Under the pieces are notes generated by a model. The model searched no databases and was not told the DNA's origin. It saw nothing but the letters and a program-made list of their open reading frames with translations. The position numbers and the translations under genes are program-made. Of a DNA stretch of 64,000 nt, positions 20,294-31,503 are shown piece after piece. The DNA is taken from assembly GCA_963752475.1 (NCBI GenBank), contig CAVVYR010000007.1:544001-608000 (forward strand). Reading direction: 5' to 3'. The first letter of the stretch is position 1; the number at the start of each line of letters is the position of its first letter. Source of the DNA: an uncultured Chloroflexia bacterium (GTDB taxonomy: Bacteria > Chloroflexota > Limnocylindria > Limnocylindrales > CSP1-4).

Positions 20294-21040
20294 GTGTCGG
20301 CACCGTCGGTGACCGAGCGACGAGACGACGGCGAGCACGCCGTGGACCCGGCTGAGCGGATGATCCCACGCCACATCGCCATCATCATGGATGGCAACCG
20401 CCGCTGGGCGCGCTCCCGCGGCCTGCCCGAGGCCCAGGGCCATGCTGCCGGCGTCGAGGCTATCCGGCCCATCGTGCGCCGTGCTTCGGACCTCGGTGTG
20501 GAGGCGCTGAGCATCTACGCGTTCTCTCGCGAGAACTGGCAGCGCTCGAGCGCAGAGGTCGACACGCTCATCGGGCTGCTGGAGGCGGCCATCCGCGACG
20601 AGACCCCCGAGCTCATCGAGCAGGGCATCCAGGTGCGCCTGGCCGGCCGCCTCAGCGAGCTCGGAGCGGAGACGCGCGCCTCGATCGAGCAGGCCGTGAC
20701 AGCGACCGCGAACGGCCGCCGCATGGTCCTCAACGTGGCCTTCAACTACTCCTCGCGGTCGGAGATCGTGGATGCCGTCCGGGACTACGTCGACGAAGGC
20801 AACGCCGTGGCCGCGCTGGACGAGGAGGCGCTGTCCGACTACCTCTACACCGCCGGCCTGCCTGACCCTGACCTGCTCATCCGCACCGGTGGCGATCAGC
20901 GCGTGAGCAACTTCCTGCTGTGGCAGGCAGCCTACGCCGAGCTCTACTTCTGCGACTGCTACTGGCCGGACTTCGGGACCGACGAGCTCGAGGCCGCCAT
21001 CGACGAGTTCGGGCGCCGGTCGCGGCGCTTCGGGCGCTAG
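20294..21040 (+). CDS. uppS: undecaprenyl/polyprenyl diphosphate synthase
   Basis: HIAIIMDGNRRWA, AFSRENW, DLLIRTGG.QRVSNFLLWQ, RRFG; start uncertain. Confidence 0.95.
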   Translation: MSAPSVTERRDDGEHAVDPAERMIPRHIAIIMDGNRRWARSRGLPEAQGHAAGVEAIRPIVRRASDLGVEALSIYAFSRENWQRSSAEVDTLIGLLEAAIRDETPELIEQGIQVRLAGRLSELGAETRASIEQAVTATANGRRMVLNVAFNYSSRSEIVDAVRDYVDEGNAVAALDEEALSDYLYTAGLPDPDLLIRTGGDQRVSNFLLWQAAYAELYFCDCYWPDFGTDELEAAIDEFGRRSRRFGR

Positions 21041-21053
21041 GAGCCTCTGGGAC

Positions 21054-21887
21054 ATGCGTGAGCGCGCGATCTCCGCTGCCGTCATCGCCGCGGTCGTCAT
21101 CGTCTTCTTCCTGCTGGGCCAGCCGTGGCTGACCTTCGGCCTCGCCGCGCTCTCAGCGCTCGCCGCCATCGAGGTCTTCCGCCTGCTTCCGGCGGCGGGC
21201 TTCCCGGTAGCCGTCCTGCCAGGCGCGATCCTGCCGCCGATCCTCGTGCTGGCCATGGGCCTCGAGGTCGTCGATGCCGGTTGGCTGGCGGTCTACGTCG
21301 CGGCGGTGCTGATCATCCTGGCCATCGATGCCTTCCGCCGCCCGGAGGTTCGTGACGGCTTCCTCGTCTGGATGGGCGGCAGCTTCGGCGCCGTCTACGC
21401 CGCGATGCTGGCCTTCATGGCGGGCGTCCTCGCGGTCGCACCAGAGGTGCCCGACGACGCGCTGCTGGGCGACACGTTCCTGAGTGCCAGCCAGACTTGG
21501 TTGCTGGTGCTGGTGTTGACGGTGTGGTCGTTCGACACCTTCGCCTACCTCTCTGGCCGCACGTTCAAGCGGGGCCGCTTCCTCAACCACATCTCGCCCA
21601 ACAAGACCTGGAGCGGTGTCATCGGTGGCACCGCGGCCGCGATCGTCGTGGCTGGTGCGCTCGCCTGGGCTGCCGGGCAGGAGCTGTGGGGCGGCCTGGT
21701 CCTGGGCCTGCTCGTGGCCATCGCCGGTCAGGCCGGCGACGTGGCCGAGTCGATGCTCAAGCGGACAGCCGGCGCCAAGGACTCCAGCAACCTCATCCCC
21801 GGGCATGGCGGCATCCTTGACCGCACCGACTCGTTCCTCTTCGCGGCACCGGTCGTCTACGCCTACCTGCTCATCGTCGGGGCTTGA
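21054..21887 (+). CDS. cdsA: phosphatidate cytidylyltransferase
   Basis: Multi-TM; ISPNKTW, GDVAESMLKR, KDSSNLIPGHGGILDRTDS. Confidence 0.95.
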   Translation: MRERAISAAVIAAVVIVFFLLGQPWLTFGLAALSALAAIEVFRLLPAAGFPVAVLPGAILPPILVLAMGLEVVDAGWLAVYVAAVLIILAIDAFRRPEVRDGFLVWMGGSFGAVYAAMLAFMAGVLAVAPEVPDDALLGDTFLSASQTWLLVLVLTVWSFDTFAYLSGRTFKRGRFLNHISPNKTWSGVIGGTAAAIVVAGALAWAAGQELWGGLVLGLLVAIAGQAGDVAESMLKRTAGAKDSSNLIPGHGGILDRTDSFLFAAPVVYAYLLIVGA

Positions 21888-23116
21888 TGAGGTCCCCGGC
21901 AGGGGAGCGCGGCAGCACCGGTGTGGCGCTGCTCGGCTCGACCGGCTCCATCGGCCGCCAGACGGTCGACGTCCTGACCTCGGGCGAAGCCGGTGCCTTC
22001 GATGTGGTGGCCCTCGCGGCCGGCCGGGACGCCAAGACGATCTCCGAGCAAGCGGATCGGCTGCGACCCAGCGTGGTCTCGTTGGCCGACCGCGACGCGG
22101 CCGCATCGCTCGACCTGCCCGCCGGCACCGAACGGCTCGATGCTGACGACGCGCTCACACAGATGGCCGTGCGTGACGATGTCGACCTCGTCATCGTGGC
22201 GACCGGCGGCGTGGTCAGCCTGCGACCGGTGCTGGCTGCGCTCGAGGCGGGCAAGGTCGTGGCCACGGCCAACAAGGAGACGCTCGTCTCGGCCGGCCAT
22301 CTGGTCATGCCGCTGGCCAAGGCCCGTGCGGCCGTCGCGGCCTCGGCCGACCCCACTGACCCCATGGGCTCGCCGCTGGCCTGGGTCCGGCCCATCGACT
22401 CGGAGCACTCGGCCATCTGGCAGTGCCTCACCGGCGAGAGCCTGTCCGAAGTCGGACGTCTCATCCTGACCGCGTCGGGCGGACCGTTCCGGGAGTGGTC
22501 CGCCAAGCGCATGGCTGCGGCTCGTCCCGAGGATGCCCTCAGGCACCCGAACTGGACGATGGGCGCCAAGATCACCATCGACTCGGCCACGCTGATGAAC
22601 AAGGGCCTGGAGGTCATCGAGGCGCACTGGCTATACGATGTGCCCTACGAGCGGGTGGACGTCGTCGTCCATCCGCAGAGCCTGGTCCACTCGTTCGTCG
22701 AGTTCGTGGACGGCTCGCTCAAGGCCCAGCTCGGCCTTCCCGACATGCGCATCCCCATCCAATACTCCGTCACCTATCCCCATCGAACGGCCGGTCCGGC
22801 ACCTCGGCTCGACCTCATGGAGCACTCCCAGATGACCTTCCAGGCACCCGACCTCGAGCGCTTCCCGGCGGTCCCCATCGCGCGGGCCGCGGGCGAAGCC
22901 GGCCCCGGCGCCACGGCCGCTCTCATCGCCGCTGACGACATCGCCGTCGAGCGATTCCTCGCCGGTGGACTCACCTATCCCGGCATGGCCCGGATGGTCG
23001 CCACCGCCATCGAGCGCTTCAGTGTCGGCCAGGCGCCGCCGCTCGAAGAGCTCGAAGCCATCGACGCCGACGTCCGCGCTTGGGCGCGTGACGTCCGTGA
23101 GGAGGCGCTGGCCTGA
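21884..23116 (+). CDS. dxr: 1-deoxy-D-xylulose-5-phosphate reductoisomerase
   Basis: LGSTGSIG, ANKE, PIDSEHSA, TASGGPF, HPNWTMGAKITIDSATLMNKGLE. Confidence 0.97.
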   Translation: MMRSPAGERGSTGVALLGSTGSIGRQTVDVLTSGEAGAFDVVALAAGRDAKTISEQADRLRPSVVSLADRDAAASLDLPAGTERLDADDALTQMAVRDDVDLVIVATGGVVSLRPVLAALEAGKVVATANKETLVSAGHLVMPLAKARAAVAASADPTDPMGSPLAWVRPIDSEHSAIWQCLTGESLSEVGRLILTASGGPFREWSAKRMAAARPEDALRHPNWTMGAKITIDSATLMNKGLEVIEAHWLYDVPYERVDVVVHPQSLVHSFVEFVDGSLKAQLGLPDMRIPIQYSVTYPHRTAGPAPRLDLMEHSQMTFQAPDLERFPAVPIARAAGEAGPGATAALIAADDIAVERFLAGGLTYPGMARMVATAIERFSVGQAPPLEELEAIDADVRAWARDVREEALA

Positions 23117-24363
23117 TGGACGCCATCATCAACCTCGTTCTGCTCCTGGTCCTGCTGTCGGTCCTCGTCCTCCTGCACGAGCTGGGCCACTTCGTCGCTG
23201 CGCGCCGCGCCGGGGTCACGGTCCACGAGTTCGGTATCGGTTTCCCCCCGCGAGCCAAGGTCCTGTTCAAGCGCGGCGACACCATCTACACGCTCAACTG
23301 GCTGCCCATCGGTGGCTTCGTGCGCCTGGAGGGTGAGGAACGCAGCCCGGCCGATGGCACCGTCGACGAAGAGCCGGCGGGCGAGCCATCGCACCCGGAT
23401 GCTGCCGACCCGCGTGCCTTCGTCAATCAGCCTCTCCGCACCCGCCTCTGGATCCTCTTCGCTGGCGTGGCCGTGAACTTCGTGCTCGCCTGGCTCATCT
23501 TCACGCTGGTAGCGATGCTGGCCCAGCCCATCTGGAAGGTCCGCGTGGCTGACGTCCAGCCCGATTCGCCCGCTGCTGCGGCGGGGCTCGTCGGCGGCGA
23601 GTACTTGGAGACCGTGACCCTCAGCGGTGTGGATGCCGACGGGGTCGCTTACGAGGAGGACCTCGACCTCTTCGACGCCAGCGGCGATGCCATCGTGGCC
23701 GTGAACGGTATGGCCTTCCCGGTCTTCGACGACATGGCTAGCGTGGAATCCAGCACCGGCGCGACACGGCCCGGCCTGTTGGTGTACGTGAGCGACCGAC
23801 CCTCGGAGACCCTGACCGTCACCGTCGAGCGCGCGGATGGCACGCTCGAGGACCTCGAAGCCACGACCCGCACGGCCCAGGAGATCGAGGCTGAGATGGG
23901 CGCACTCGGCTTCCAGGTCCAAGCGTACGAGTTCGATTACCAGCAGAACGGGCTCATCGACTCGATGGTCATCGGCCTCGAGCGCACGGTCGAGACCTCG
24001 ACGCTCATCCTGCGTGCGGTCGGCGGCATCGTGGTCGGCCTCTTCAGCGGCTCCGCGGAGGGCCTCGAAGACGTGGCCGGGCCGGTCGGCATGGTCAGCG
24101 TCGTGGGCGACGTGCGGACCTTGCTGCCACCGATCTTCCTGCTCTGGTTCGTGGGCCTCATCTCGGCCAACCTGGCCGTACTCAACGCCCTGCCCATCCC
24201 GCCGCTCGACGGCAGCAGGATGGTGATGGCCGTGGTCCAGCGGCTCAGCGGCGATCGCATCAGCGCGGCTACCGAGCGACTCGTCTACTTCACCGGCTGG
24301 GTCGTCCTGATGGTGTTCATCGCCATCGTCACCATCAGCGACATCCAGGGGTTATTCGAGTGA
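23116..24363 (+). CDS. rseP: RIP (M50) metalloprotease RseP with PDZ domain
   Basis: [28 protein letters not shown]. Confidence 0.93.
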   Translation: MDAIINLVLLLVLLSVLVLLHELGHFVAARRAGVTVHEFGIGFPPRAKVLFKRGDTIYTLNWLPIGGFVRLEGEERSPADGTVDEEPAGEPSHPDAADPRAFVNQPLRTRLWILFAGVAVNFVLAWLIFTLVAMLAQPIWKVRVADVQPDSPAAAAGLVGGEYLETVTLSGVDADGVAYEEDLDLFDASGDAIVAVNGMAFPVFDDMASVESSTGATRPGLLVYVSDRPSETLTVTVERADGTLEDLEATTRTAQEIEAEMGALGFQVQAYEFDYQQNGLIDSMVIGLERTVETSTLILRAVGGIVVGLFSGSAEGLEDVAGPVGMVSVVGDVRTLLPPIFLLWFVGLISANLAVLNALPIPPLDGSRMVMAVVQRLSGDRISAATERLVYFTGWVVLMVFIAIVTISDIQGLFE

Positions 24364-25577
24364 CGCAGCGTCGCGCCACCACGCGAGTGGACGTCGGCGG
24401 CGTGGCCATGGGCGCCGAGGAGCCGGTGGTGGTGCAGTCGATGACCAACACCGACACCGCGGACATCGATGCCACGGCGCTGCAGGTGGCGGCCCTGGCG
24501 CACGCCGGCTCGGAGCTCGTTCGCATCACCGTCAACAACGAGGAGGCGGCGCGCGCCGTGCCCGAGATCCGGCGCAAGCTGGACGACCTCGGTATCGAGG
24601 TGCCGCTCATCGGCGACTTCCACTACAACGGCCATCTGCTGCTGCCGGGCTTCCCGGAGATGGCGGCAGCCCTGGCCAAGTACCGCATCAACCCTGGCAA
24701 CGTCGGATCCAAGCGCCGGGATGAGAACTTCAGCACCATCGTCGAGACCGCCATCGAGCACGACAAGCCTGTGCGCATCGGGGTCAACTGGGGCTCGCTG
24801 GATCAGGACCTGCTGACCGAGATGATGGACGCCAACGCCCGCTCGGCGGACCCGCTCGACACGCGGGAGGTGATGATCGAGGCCATGAATGCGTCGGCGC
24901 TGCGCTCGGCGGAGCTGGCCGAGTCCGTCGGCCTGGGTCATGACCGCATCATCATCAGCGCCAAGGTGTCGGGCGTCCGCGACCTCGTCGACGTCTATCG
25001 CGCGCTGGCCGAGCGCTGCGACTACCCGCTGCACGTCGGCCTCACCGAGGCCGGCATGGGGATGAAGGGCACGGTCGCCTCGACCGCCGGCCTGGCCATC
25101 CTGCTCGAGCAGGGTATCGGCGACACCATCCGGGTCTCGCTCACACCGGAGCCTGGCGGCGACCGCACCGAGGAGGTGCTCGTGGCCATGCAGGTGCTGC
25201 AGTCGATGGGTCTGCGTTCGTTCCGGCCCCAGGTCAGCGCCTGCCCCGGTTGTGGTCGTACCACCAGCACGTTCTTCCAGGAGATGGCCCAGGCCATCGA
25301 GGGCCACATCGCCGAGCGCATGCCCCAGTGGTCGGAGGCCTACCCGGGCGTGGAGGACATGTCGGTGGCGGTGATGGGCTGCGTCGTCAACGGCCCGGGC
25401 GAGTCCAAGCACGCGGACATCGGCATCAGCCTGCCGGGCACCTTCGAGGAGCCCAAGGCGCCGGTCTTCATCGACGGCGAGCTACACGACACGCTCAAGG
25501 GTGACGGCCTCGTCGATGAGTTCATCGGCATCCTCGAGGGCTACGTCGAGCGCCGCTATGGGTCGCCACCCGCGTAG
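24360..25577 (+). CDS. ispG: HMBPP synthase IspG
   Basis: [45 protein letters not shown]. Confidence 0.97.
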   Translation: MTQRRATTRVDVGGVAMGAEEPVVVQSMTNTDTADIDATALQVAALAHAGSELVRITVNNEEAARAVPEIRRKLDDLGIEVPLIGDFHYNGHLLLPGFPEMAAALAKYRINPGNVGSKRRDENFSTIVETAIEHDKPVRIGVNWGSLDQDLLTEMMDANARSADPLDTREVMIEAMNASALRSAELAESVGLGHDRIIISAKVSGVRDLVDVYRALAERCDYPLHVGLTEAGMGMKGTVASTAGLAILLEQGIGDTIRVSLTPEPGGDRTEEVLVAMQVLQSMGLRSFRPQVSACPGCGRTTSTFFQEMAQAIEGHIAERMPQWSEAYPGVEDMSVAVMGCVVNGPGESKHADIGISLPGTFEEPKAPVFIDGELHDTLKGDGLVDEFIGILEGYVERRYGSPPA

Positions 25578-25645
25578 CCACCGACGGCGGGCGGCTACGC
25601 TACGATTCGCAACGCCCGCACCCCTCGATCCCATCAGGAGGCTCT

Positions 25646-27106
25646 GTGTCCAAGTCCGGTTTCGTCAGTGAGCTGACACGTCAGTCAGAGGATTTCCCCG
25701 GCTGGTACAACGACGTCGTCCGCAAGGCGGAGCTGGCCAGCAACTCACCGGTGCGGGGCTGCATGATCATCCGCCCCTATGGCTTCGCCATCTGGGAGTC
25801 GATGCGCGACGAACTCGACCGCTACATCAAGGCCACCGGGCATGACAACGTCTACTTCCCGGTCTTCGTGCCCAAGTCGCTGCTGGACCGTGAGGCCGAT
25901 CACGTCGAGGGCTTCGATCCCCAGGTCGCCTGGGTCACGCGTGCGGGGGGCAGCGACCTTGATGAGCCGCTGGCCATCCGGCCGACCTCGGAGGCCATCA
26001 TCGCGGAGGTCGTGAAGGACTGGATCCAGTCGTACCGCGACCTGCCGCTGCTGATGAACAGCTGGAACAACGTCGTACGCTGGGAGATGCGCACGCGCCT
26101 GTTCCTGCGCACGTCCGAGTTCCTGTGGCAGGAGGCTCACACCTTCCACGCCACCGCGGAGGAAGCCGCGGAAGAGGTCGCCACCGGTCTCGCCGGCTAC
26201 GTCAAGGTCTCCGAGGAGTGGCTGGGGATCCCCGTGGTCCAGGGTCGCAAGAGCCCGGCCGAGACGTTCCCGGGCGCGGACTACACCCATGCGGTCGAGG
26301 CCATGATGCGCGACAAGAAGGCGCTGCAGGCCGGCACCAGCCACATGCTGGGCCAGAACTTCGCCAAGGCTGCCGATATCACCTTCCTGGACCAGAACAA
26401 CGAGCGGGTCCACCCCTACGGCACCAGCTGGGGCTTCAGCACGCGCATGGTCGGCGCGACGATCATGGCCCACGGTGACGACTCGGGCCTGGTGCTGCCG
26501 TCCAACGTGGCCCCGGTGCAGGTCGTGGTCGTGCCCATCTTCCGCAAGGAGGAGGACCGCGTGGCCGTGGCCGGTGCGATCGAGAAGCTGGAGGCGATCT
26601 TCGCCGACATCCAGACGGTTTCCGGCCCGCTGCGCTACAAGGTCGACTGGCGCGAAGAGACGCCCGGCTACAAGTACAACCACTGGGAGCTGCGCGGCGT
26701 GCCGTTCCGCCTCGAGATCGGGCCGCGCGACGTGGCCAACGATGCAGCCATGATCGTCCGCCGCCTGGACCGGGCCAAGGAGTCGCTGCCGATGGCCTCG
26801 CTGATCGAGGAGTTGCCCAAGCGACTGGTGCAGTACCAAGCGGACGTCTTCGAGCGCGCGCTCGACTACCGCACCGAGAACACGTTCTCGGTCGACACCC
26901 TCGGTGAGATGACCGAGGTGCTCGAGGGCGACGGTGGCTTCCTCATGGCGCCCTGGTGCGGTTCGGCCGAGTGTGAGAAGTCCGTCTCGAACGAAAACGG
27001 CGCGACCATCCGCGTCGTGCCCTTCGATTCGCCCGACGAGGCCGGAACGTGCATCGTCGATGGCGCCCCCAGCGAGCGCCGGGCCCTCTTCGCCCGCTCC
27101 TACTAG
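25646..27106 (+). CDS. proS: proline--tRNA ligase, archaeal/eukaryotic type
   Basis: IRPTSE, VVRWE..TRLFLRTSEFLWQE, LQAGTSHMLGQNF, C-terminal ..FARSY; no editing insertion. Confidence 0.96.
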   Translation: MSKSGFVSELTRQSEDFPGWYNDVVRKAELASNSPVRGCMIIRPYGFAIWESMRDELDRYIKATGHDNVYFPVFVPKSLLDREADHVEGFDPQVAWVTRAGGSDLDEPLAIRPTSEAIIAEVVKDWIQSYRDLPLLMNSWNNVVRWEMRTRLFLRTSEFLWQEAHTFHATAEEAAEEVATGLAGYVKVSEEWLGIPVVQGRKSPAETFPGADYTHAVEAMMRDKKALQAGTSHMLGQNFAKAADITFLDQNNERVHPYGTSWGFSTRMVGATIMAHGDDSGLVLPSNVAPVQVVVVPIFRKEEDRVAVAGAIEKLEAIFADIQTVSGPLRYKVDWREETPGYKYNHWELRGVPFRLEIGPRDVANDAAMIVRRLDRAKESLPMASLIEELPKRLVQYQADVFERALDYRTENTFSVDTLGEMTEVLEGDGGFLMAPWCGSAECEKSVSNENGATIRVVPFDSPDEAGTCIVDGAPSERRALFARSY

Positions 27107-27127
27107 CCTCAGCTCGGAGGCCGTGGC

Positions 27128-27826
27128 GTGGCCATCCTCTGTCGCGATATCGGCCTGCTCTTCCTGCAAGCGCCGCATACCGGCTCGACCTCGCTGGGAA
27201 CGCTCTTCCGCGAGGACTTCGGCGGCGTCAAGCTCCTCGAGGACCGGGTGCGGGATGAGAAGGGCAGGATCGTGCTGCGGCAGAAGCACCAGAGTCTGCC
27301 GCAGCTGCTCGAGGCCGGGCTCATCACGCAACAGGAGCGTCGAGACCTGCTGGTCGTGGTCGGCGTGCGCAACCCGTACGACCTGGTGCTGACGGAGTAC
27401 GCCCGCAACCGCGAGGCTGGCACCGTCTCCCGAGCGCAACGGCTCATGCGCCGAGTGGGCCTCAGCCGGGACTTCTCCACGCCTGACTTCGAGCGCTTCG
27501 TGGTCCGGCGCTACACGCCCAACGCGCTCTACCGGGCGCTCGGGCGCCGACCGATGGTGCCGGTGGACTGGACCGAGGGCGCCGACCACATCATCCGCTT
27601 CGAGGCCATGCAAGAGGGGCTGGACCAAGCCCTGCGCAAGGCCGGCGTGAGCGAGCCCCATCCGCTGCCGCACCGCAACCCCACACGGTCGCGCCGAGAC
27701 CGCGACTACCGCACGATGTACACGCCTCGGGCACGTGAGATCGTGACTCGCGCCTACGCTCGCGAGTTGCACCAGCACGGCTACGCCTTCGAGTCTGACG
27801 ACGGCGGGGGGCGCGATGGAGAGTGA
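27128..27826 (+). CDS. sulfotransferase family 2-like protein (divergent PAPS motifs)
   Basis: LFLQAPHTGSTS resembles F.HIPKTG.TS; VRNPYD, IIRFE, DYRTMY, GYAF. Confidence 0.7.
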   Translation: MAILCRDIGLLFLQAPHTGSTSLGTLFREDFGGVKLLEDRVRDEKGRIVLRQKHQSLPQLLEAGLITQQERRDLLVVVGVRNPYDLVLTEYARNREAGTVSRAQRLMRRVGLSRDFSTPDFERFVVRRYTPNALYRALGRRPMVPVDWTEGADHIIRFEAMQEGLDQALRKAGVSEPHPLPHRNPTRSRRDRDYRTMYTPRAREIVTRAYARELHQHGYAFESDDGGGRDGE

Positions 27827-27858
27827 TATACTGATCGTCTGACCGTAATCGGCCGCCT

Positions 27859-27888
27859 AGAACGTGGGTGACCCCCACGTTTTGTTGT
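27859..27888 (+). terminator. attenuator-like hairpin in the nusA leader (rimP-leader-like)
   Basis: AACGTGGG-TGACC-CCCACGTT followed by TTGTT, downstream of TATACT (27827-27832). Confidence 0.6.
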
Positions 27889-27923
27889 GAGCGGGAGAAT
27901 GTACATCGAAAGGAGAGCGACGC

Positions 27924-29270
27924 ATGAGCCGGGACTTCATCGGCGCGCTCCTGCAGCTCAACGCTGAGAAGGGCGTCCCCCGCGAGCAGCTCATCCGCAC
28001 GGTGGAAGACGCCATCCAGAGCGCCTATCGTCGTGTAGCGCCCGGGTACGAGGACGTCTACGTCAGCCTCGATGCCGAGAGCGGCGACATGCGCATCTAC
28101 CGCGCCCGCCTCGTCGTCTCGGAGATCGAGGACGAGACCATCGAGTGGACCATCGACCAGGCCCACGAGCATGATCCCAACGCGGTGCTCGGCGACCTGG
28201 TCGAGTACGAGCAACTGGAGCCTACGCATTTCGGTCGCGTCGGCGCGCAGGTCGCGGGCCAGGTCGTGCGTCAGCGCCTGCGTGAGGCGGAGCGCGAGAC
28301 GATCTTCGACGAGTTCGCCCATCGGGAGGGCGAGATCATCACCGGCTCGGTCGGTCGCGTGGAGCCCACAGGCGTGATCCTGGACCTGGGCAAGGCGGAG
28401 GCCATCCTGCGCACCACGGACCAGTCCGCGACCGAGCACTACCGCATCGGGCAGCACGTCAAGGCCTACGTGCTGGAGGTTCGCCGCACCACGCGCGGTC
28501 CGCTGATCTACGTCAGTCGCACCCACAAGAACTTCCTGCGCCGGCTCTTCGAGTTGGAGGTGCCGGAGATCCAGGCCGGCACGGTGGAGATCCGCGCCAT
28601 CGCCCGAGAGGCCGGCAGCCGCAGCAAGATGGCCGTGGCCAGCCGCCAGGACGGCCTCGACCCGGTCGGCGCCACCGTCGGCCAGCGTGGCGGTCGCGTG
28701 CAGGCCGTCGTGGCCGAGCTCGGCGGGGAGAAGATCGACGTCATCCCCTGGTCGGACGACCCGGACGTCTTCGTGGCCAACGCGCTCAGCCCGGCCCAGG
28801 TCGTGGCCGTGGAGATCGACGAAGAGGAGCGCATCGCCTCGGTGACCGTGCCCGAGCGCATGCTTTCGCTGGCCATCGGTCGTGAGGGGCAGAACGCGCG
28901 TCTGGCGGCCAAGCTGACCGGTTGGCGCATCGACATCCGCTCCGAGACGGGCACCGCACCCGAGGGTGAGGAGGACCTGCCGGCCACGGTGACGGTCGAG
29001 CCTGGCGAGCCAGAGGCCGAGGGCGCCGACGAGAGCGCGTCCGCAGCCGAGGCCGAGCCCGAAGCGCCCGCAGCCGAGGCCGAGCCCGAAGCGCCCGCAG
29101 CGGAGGGCGAGGCTGAGGCTCCGCAAGATGCTGACGCCGACACGTCTGTGACGCCGGCTGCGGAGGAGCAGAAGACAGACGAGGAGCCCGACGCGCCCAC
29201 GGCGGAGGCCGAGGCTGAGGCCCCGAAAGACGAGACCGCTGTCGACGAGTCGACGGAGGTGACCCAGTAG
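27924..29270 (+). CDS. nusA: transcription factor NusA with acidic tail
   Basis: FGRVGAQ, SRTH..FLRRLFELEVPEI, AREAGSRSK, SLAIGREGQNARLAAKLTGWRIDI. Confidence 0.98.
   Translation: MSRDFIGALLQLNAEKGVPREQLIRTVEDAIQSAYRRVAPGYEDVYVSLDAESGDMRIYRARLVVSEIEDETIEWTIDQAHEHDPNAVLGDLVEYEQLEPTHFGRVGAQVAGQVVRQRLREAERETIFDEFAHREGEIITGSVGRVEPTGVILDLGKAEAILRTTDQSATEHYRIGQHVKAYVLEVRRTTRGPLIYVSRTHKNFLRRLFELEVPEIQAGTVEIRAIAREAGSRSKMAVASRQDGLDPVGATVGQRGGRVQAVVAELGGEKIDVIPWSDDPDVFVANALSPAQVVAVEIDEEERIASVTVPERMLSLAIGREGQNARLAAKLTGWRIDIRSETGTAPEGEEDLPATVTVEPGEPEAEGADESASAAEAEPEAPAAEAEPEAPAAEGEAEAPQDADADTSVTPAAEEQKTDEEPDAPTAEAEAEAPKDETAVDESTEVTQ
29041..29100 (+). repeat. 27-bp tandem duplication (AAEAEPEAP) in the nusA tail
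   Basis: ccgcagccgaggccgagcccgaagcgc x2 plus a partial third copy. Confidence 0.88.
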
Positions 29271-29278
29271 CGGGCCCG

Positions 29279-29611
29279 GTGGTCGCTAAGGCGCGACATG
29301 TTCCGGAGCGAACCTGTGTCGCCTGCCGAACGCGCCGAGACAAGGCCGCCCTGCTGCGCTTCGTGCGCACGCCCGATGGTTCGGTCACGACCGATCCCGC
29401 CGGGACGCTCGAGGGCCGCGGGGCCTACCTATGTGCCGATGGCTCCTGCTGGGAGTCCGCGCTGAAGCGCTCGGCGTTGCAGCGGGCACTGCGAACACGA
29501 CTACCAGAAGACATCAGGACACGACTGGAGCACGGCGACATGGCCGCCTTCGGCATCACTGCCGAACTCGGGGCTCCTGCAACGATCACAGGAGGCACCC
29601 ATGGCTCGTAG
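29279..29611 (+). CDS. ylxR: YlxR/RnpM family protein
   Basis: [22 protein letters not shown]; between nusA and infB. Confidence 0.92.
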   Translation: MVAKARHVPERTCVACRTRRDKAALLRFVRTPDGSVTTDPAGTLEGRGAYLCADGSCWESALKRSALQRALRTRLPEDIRTRLEHGDMAAFGITAELGAPATITGGTHGS

Positions 29612-31499
29612 CCGCAGCGGGACCCGCGGACGGCGGGGACCCCGAAAGCCGCGCAAGCGCAACGACAACGTCCAGTCCACGGTCCAGGTAGCGGATCCCG
29701 CGACCAGGGGTGCCGTAGAGATCCCGGAGTCGATCACCGTCAAGGAGCTTGCCGAGCTCATCGGCATCAACTCGGCTGACGTCATCCGCGAGCTCATCCG
29801 CAGCGGCATCTTCGCCACCATCAACCAGACCATCGACCGCGACACCGCCGCGCTCGTGACCGAGGAGCTCGGCTTCCAGGTCGCGGAGGGCGTGGCCGCC
29901 TCGTCGACCGATGAAGAGGCCGAGACGGAGAAGGCACCGGCGGCCAAGGACGAGGACGTCTTCGCCGAGGCCGAGGACGCAAAGCTCGAGGAGCGCGCCC
30001 CCATCGTCACCGTCATGGGCCACGTCGACCATGGCAAGACCAGCGTGCTGGACGCCATCCGCAAGACCACCGTCGCCGACGGCGAGCGTGGTGGCATCAC
30101 CCAGCACATCGGTGCCAGCGAGGCCGTGGTCAACGACCGCCGCATCGTCTTCCTCGACACCCCTGGTCACGAGGCCTTCACGGCCATGCGCGCCCGTGGT
30201 GCCAAGGTCACCGACATCGCGGTGCTGGTCGTCGCTGCCGACGACGGCATCATGCCCCAGACGGTGGAGGCCATCGACCACGCCAAGGCGGCGGGCGTGC
30301 CCATCGTCGTGGCGCTCAACAAGATGGACCTGCCTGATGGCAAGCCCGACCGTGTCAAGACCCAGCTCTCGGAGCGCGGCATCATCATCGAGGAATACGG
30401 CGGCGAGGTGCCGCTCGTGGCCGTCAGTGCCAAGACGGGCGAGGGCCTCGACGACCTGCTCGAGACCATCCTCCTGACCTCGGACGCCAACGTCGAGCCC
30501 AAGGCCGATCCCGACCGTTCGGCCATCGGCACCGTCGTGGAAGCCGAGCTCGACCGGGGCCGTGGCCCCGTGGCCACCATCCTCGTGCGCACCGGCACGC
30601 TCAAGCAGGGTGACGCGCTCGTGGTGGGCAACGCATTCGGCAAGGCCCGCGCCCTCGAGGACGGCACCGGAGCGCGCATCAAGTCGTCCGGCCCGTCATC
30701 CGCGGCGGTCGTCCTCGGTCTCTCGGAGGTGCCGGAGGCTGGCGACATCATGCGTGTCGTCGAGAGCGAGAAGAAGGCCCGCAGTATCGTCGAGGAGAGG
30801 AAGCTCGCGGCCGCGGCCACGTCCGAGGCCCAGGGTCACGCCACCCTCGAGGACCTCTACCGCCAGGTGCAGATGGGCCAGACCAAGGAGCTGCGCATCG
30901 TCCTCAAGTCGGACGTGCAGGGGTCGCTCGGCGCCGTGGTCCACGCACTCGAGCAGATCCAGAACGACGAGGTCCGCTTCAACGTCCTGCTCGAAGGCAC
31001 CGGCGACATCACCAACAACGACGTCAACCTCGCGGCCGCTTCGGATGCGGTGGTCGTCGGCTTCAACGTCAAGATCGGTGGAACGGCCAAGCAGATGGCC
31101 CAGGCCGAGGGCGTGGAGGTTCGGCTCTACGACATCATCTACAAGCTGACCGAGGACATGGAAGCGGCACTCGCGGGCATGCTCGAGCCGGAGATCGTAG
31201 AGACCGTCCAGGGTCGAGCCGAGGTCCGTCAGATCTTCCGCGTGGGCAAGTCCAAGCAGATCGCCGGTAGCTACGTGAACGAGGGGCGGATCGTCCGTGG
31301 CGGCGCACGCATCTACCGCGGTGGCGAACTCATCGCCACCGACAAGATCGACACCATCCGTCGCTTCAAGGACGACGTGCGAGAGGTCACCGCCAACCTC
31401 GAGTGCGGTATCGCACTCGCCGGCTTCCACGACTTCCAGGAGTTCGACGTCATCGAGTCGTTCACCACGGAGACCATCGCCCGGGCCGTCACGAGATAG
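29601..31499 (+). CDS. infB: translation initiation factor IF-2 (compact form)
   Basis: [35 protein letters not shown]. Confidence 0.98.
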   Translation: MARSRSGTRGRRGPRKPRKRNDNVQSTVQVADPATRGAVEIPESITVKELAELIGINSADVIRELIRSGIFATINQTIDRDTAALVTEELGFQVAEGVAASSTDEEAETEKAPAAKDEDVFAEAEDAKLEERAPIVTVMGHVDHGKTSVLDAIRKTTVADGERGGITQHIGASEAVVNDRRIVFLDTPGHEAFTAMRARGAKVTDIAVLVVAADDGIMPQTVEAIDHAKAAGVPIVVALNKMDLPDGKPDRVKTQLSERGIIIEEYGGEVPLVAVSAKTGEGLDDLLETILLTSDANVEPKADPDRSAIGTVVEAELDRGRGPVATILVRTGTLKQGDALVVGNAFGKARALEDGTGARIKSSGPSSAAVVLGLSEVPEAGDIMRVVESEKKARSIVEERKLAAAATSEAQGHATLEDLYRQVQMGQTKELRIVLKSDVQGSLGAVVHALEQIQNDEVRFNVLLEGTGDITNNDVNLAAASDAVVVGFNVKIGGTAKQMAQAEGVEVRLYDIIYKLTEDMEAALAGMLEPEIVETVQGRAEVRQIFRVGKSKQIAGSYVNEGRIVRGGARIYRGGELIATDKIDTIRRFKDDVREVTANLECGIALAGFHDFQEFDVIESFTTETIARAVTR

Positions 31500-31503
31500 G
31501 CGG

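Noticed and set aside
25646-27106. Archaeal/eukaryotic-type ProRS and short EF-Ts as novelties
   Set aside because: Both forms are well known in several bacterial phyla
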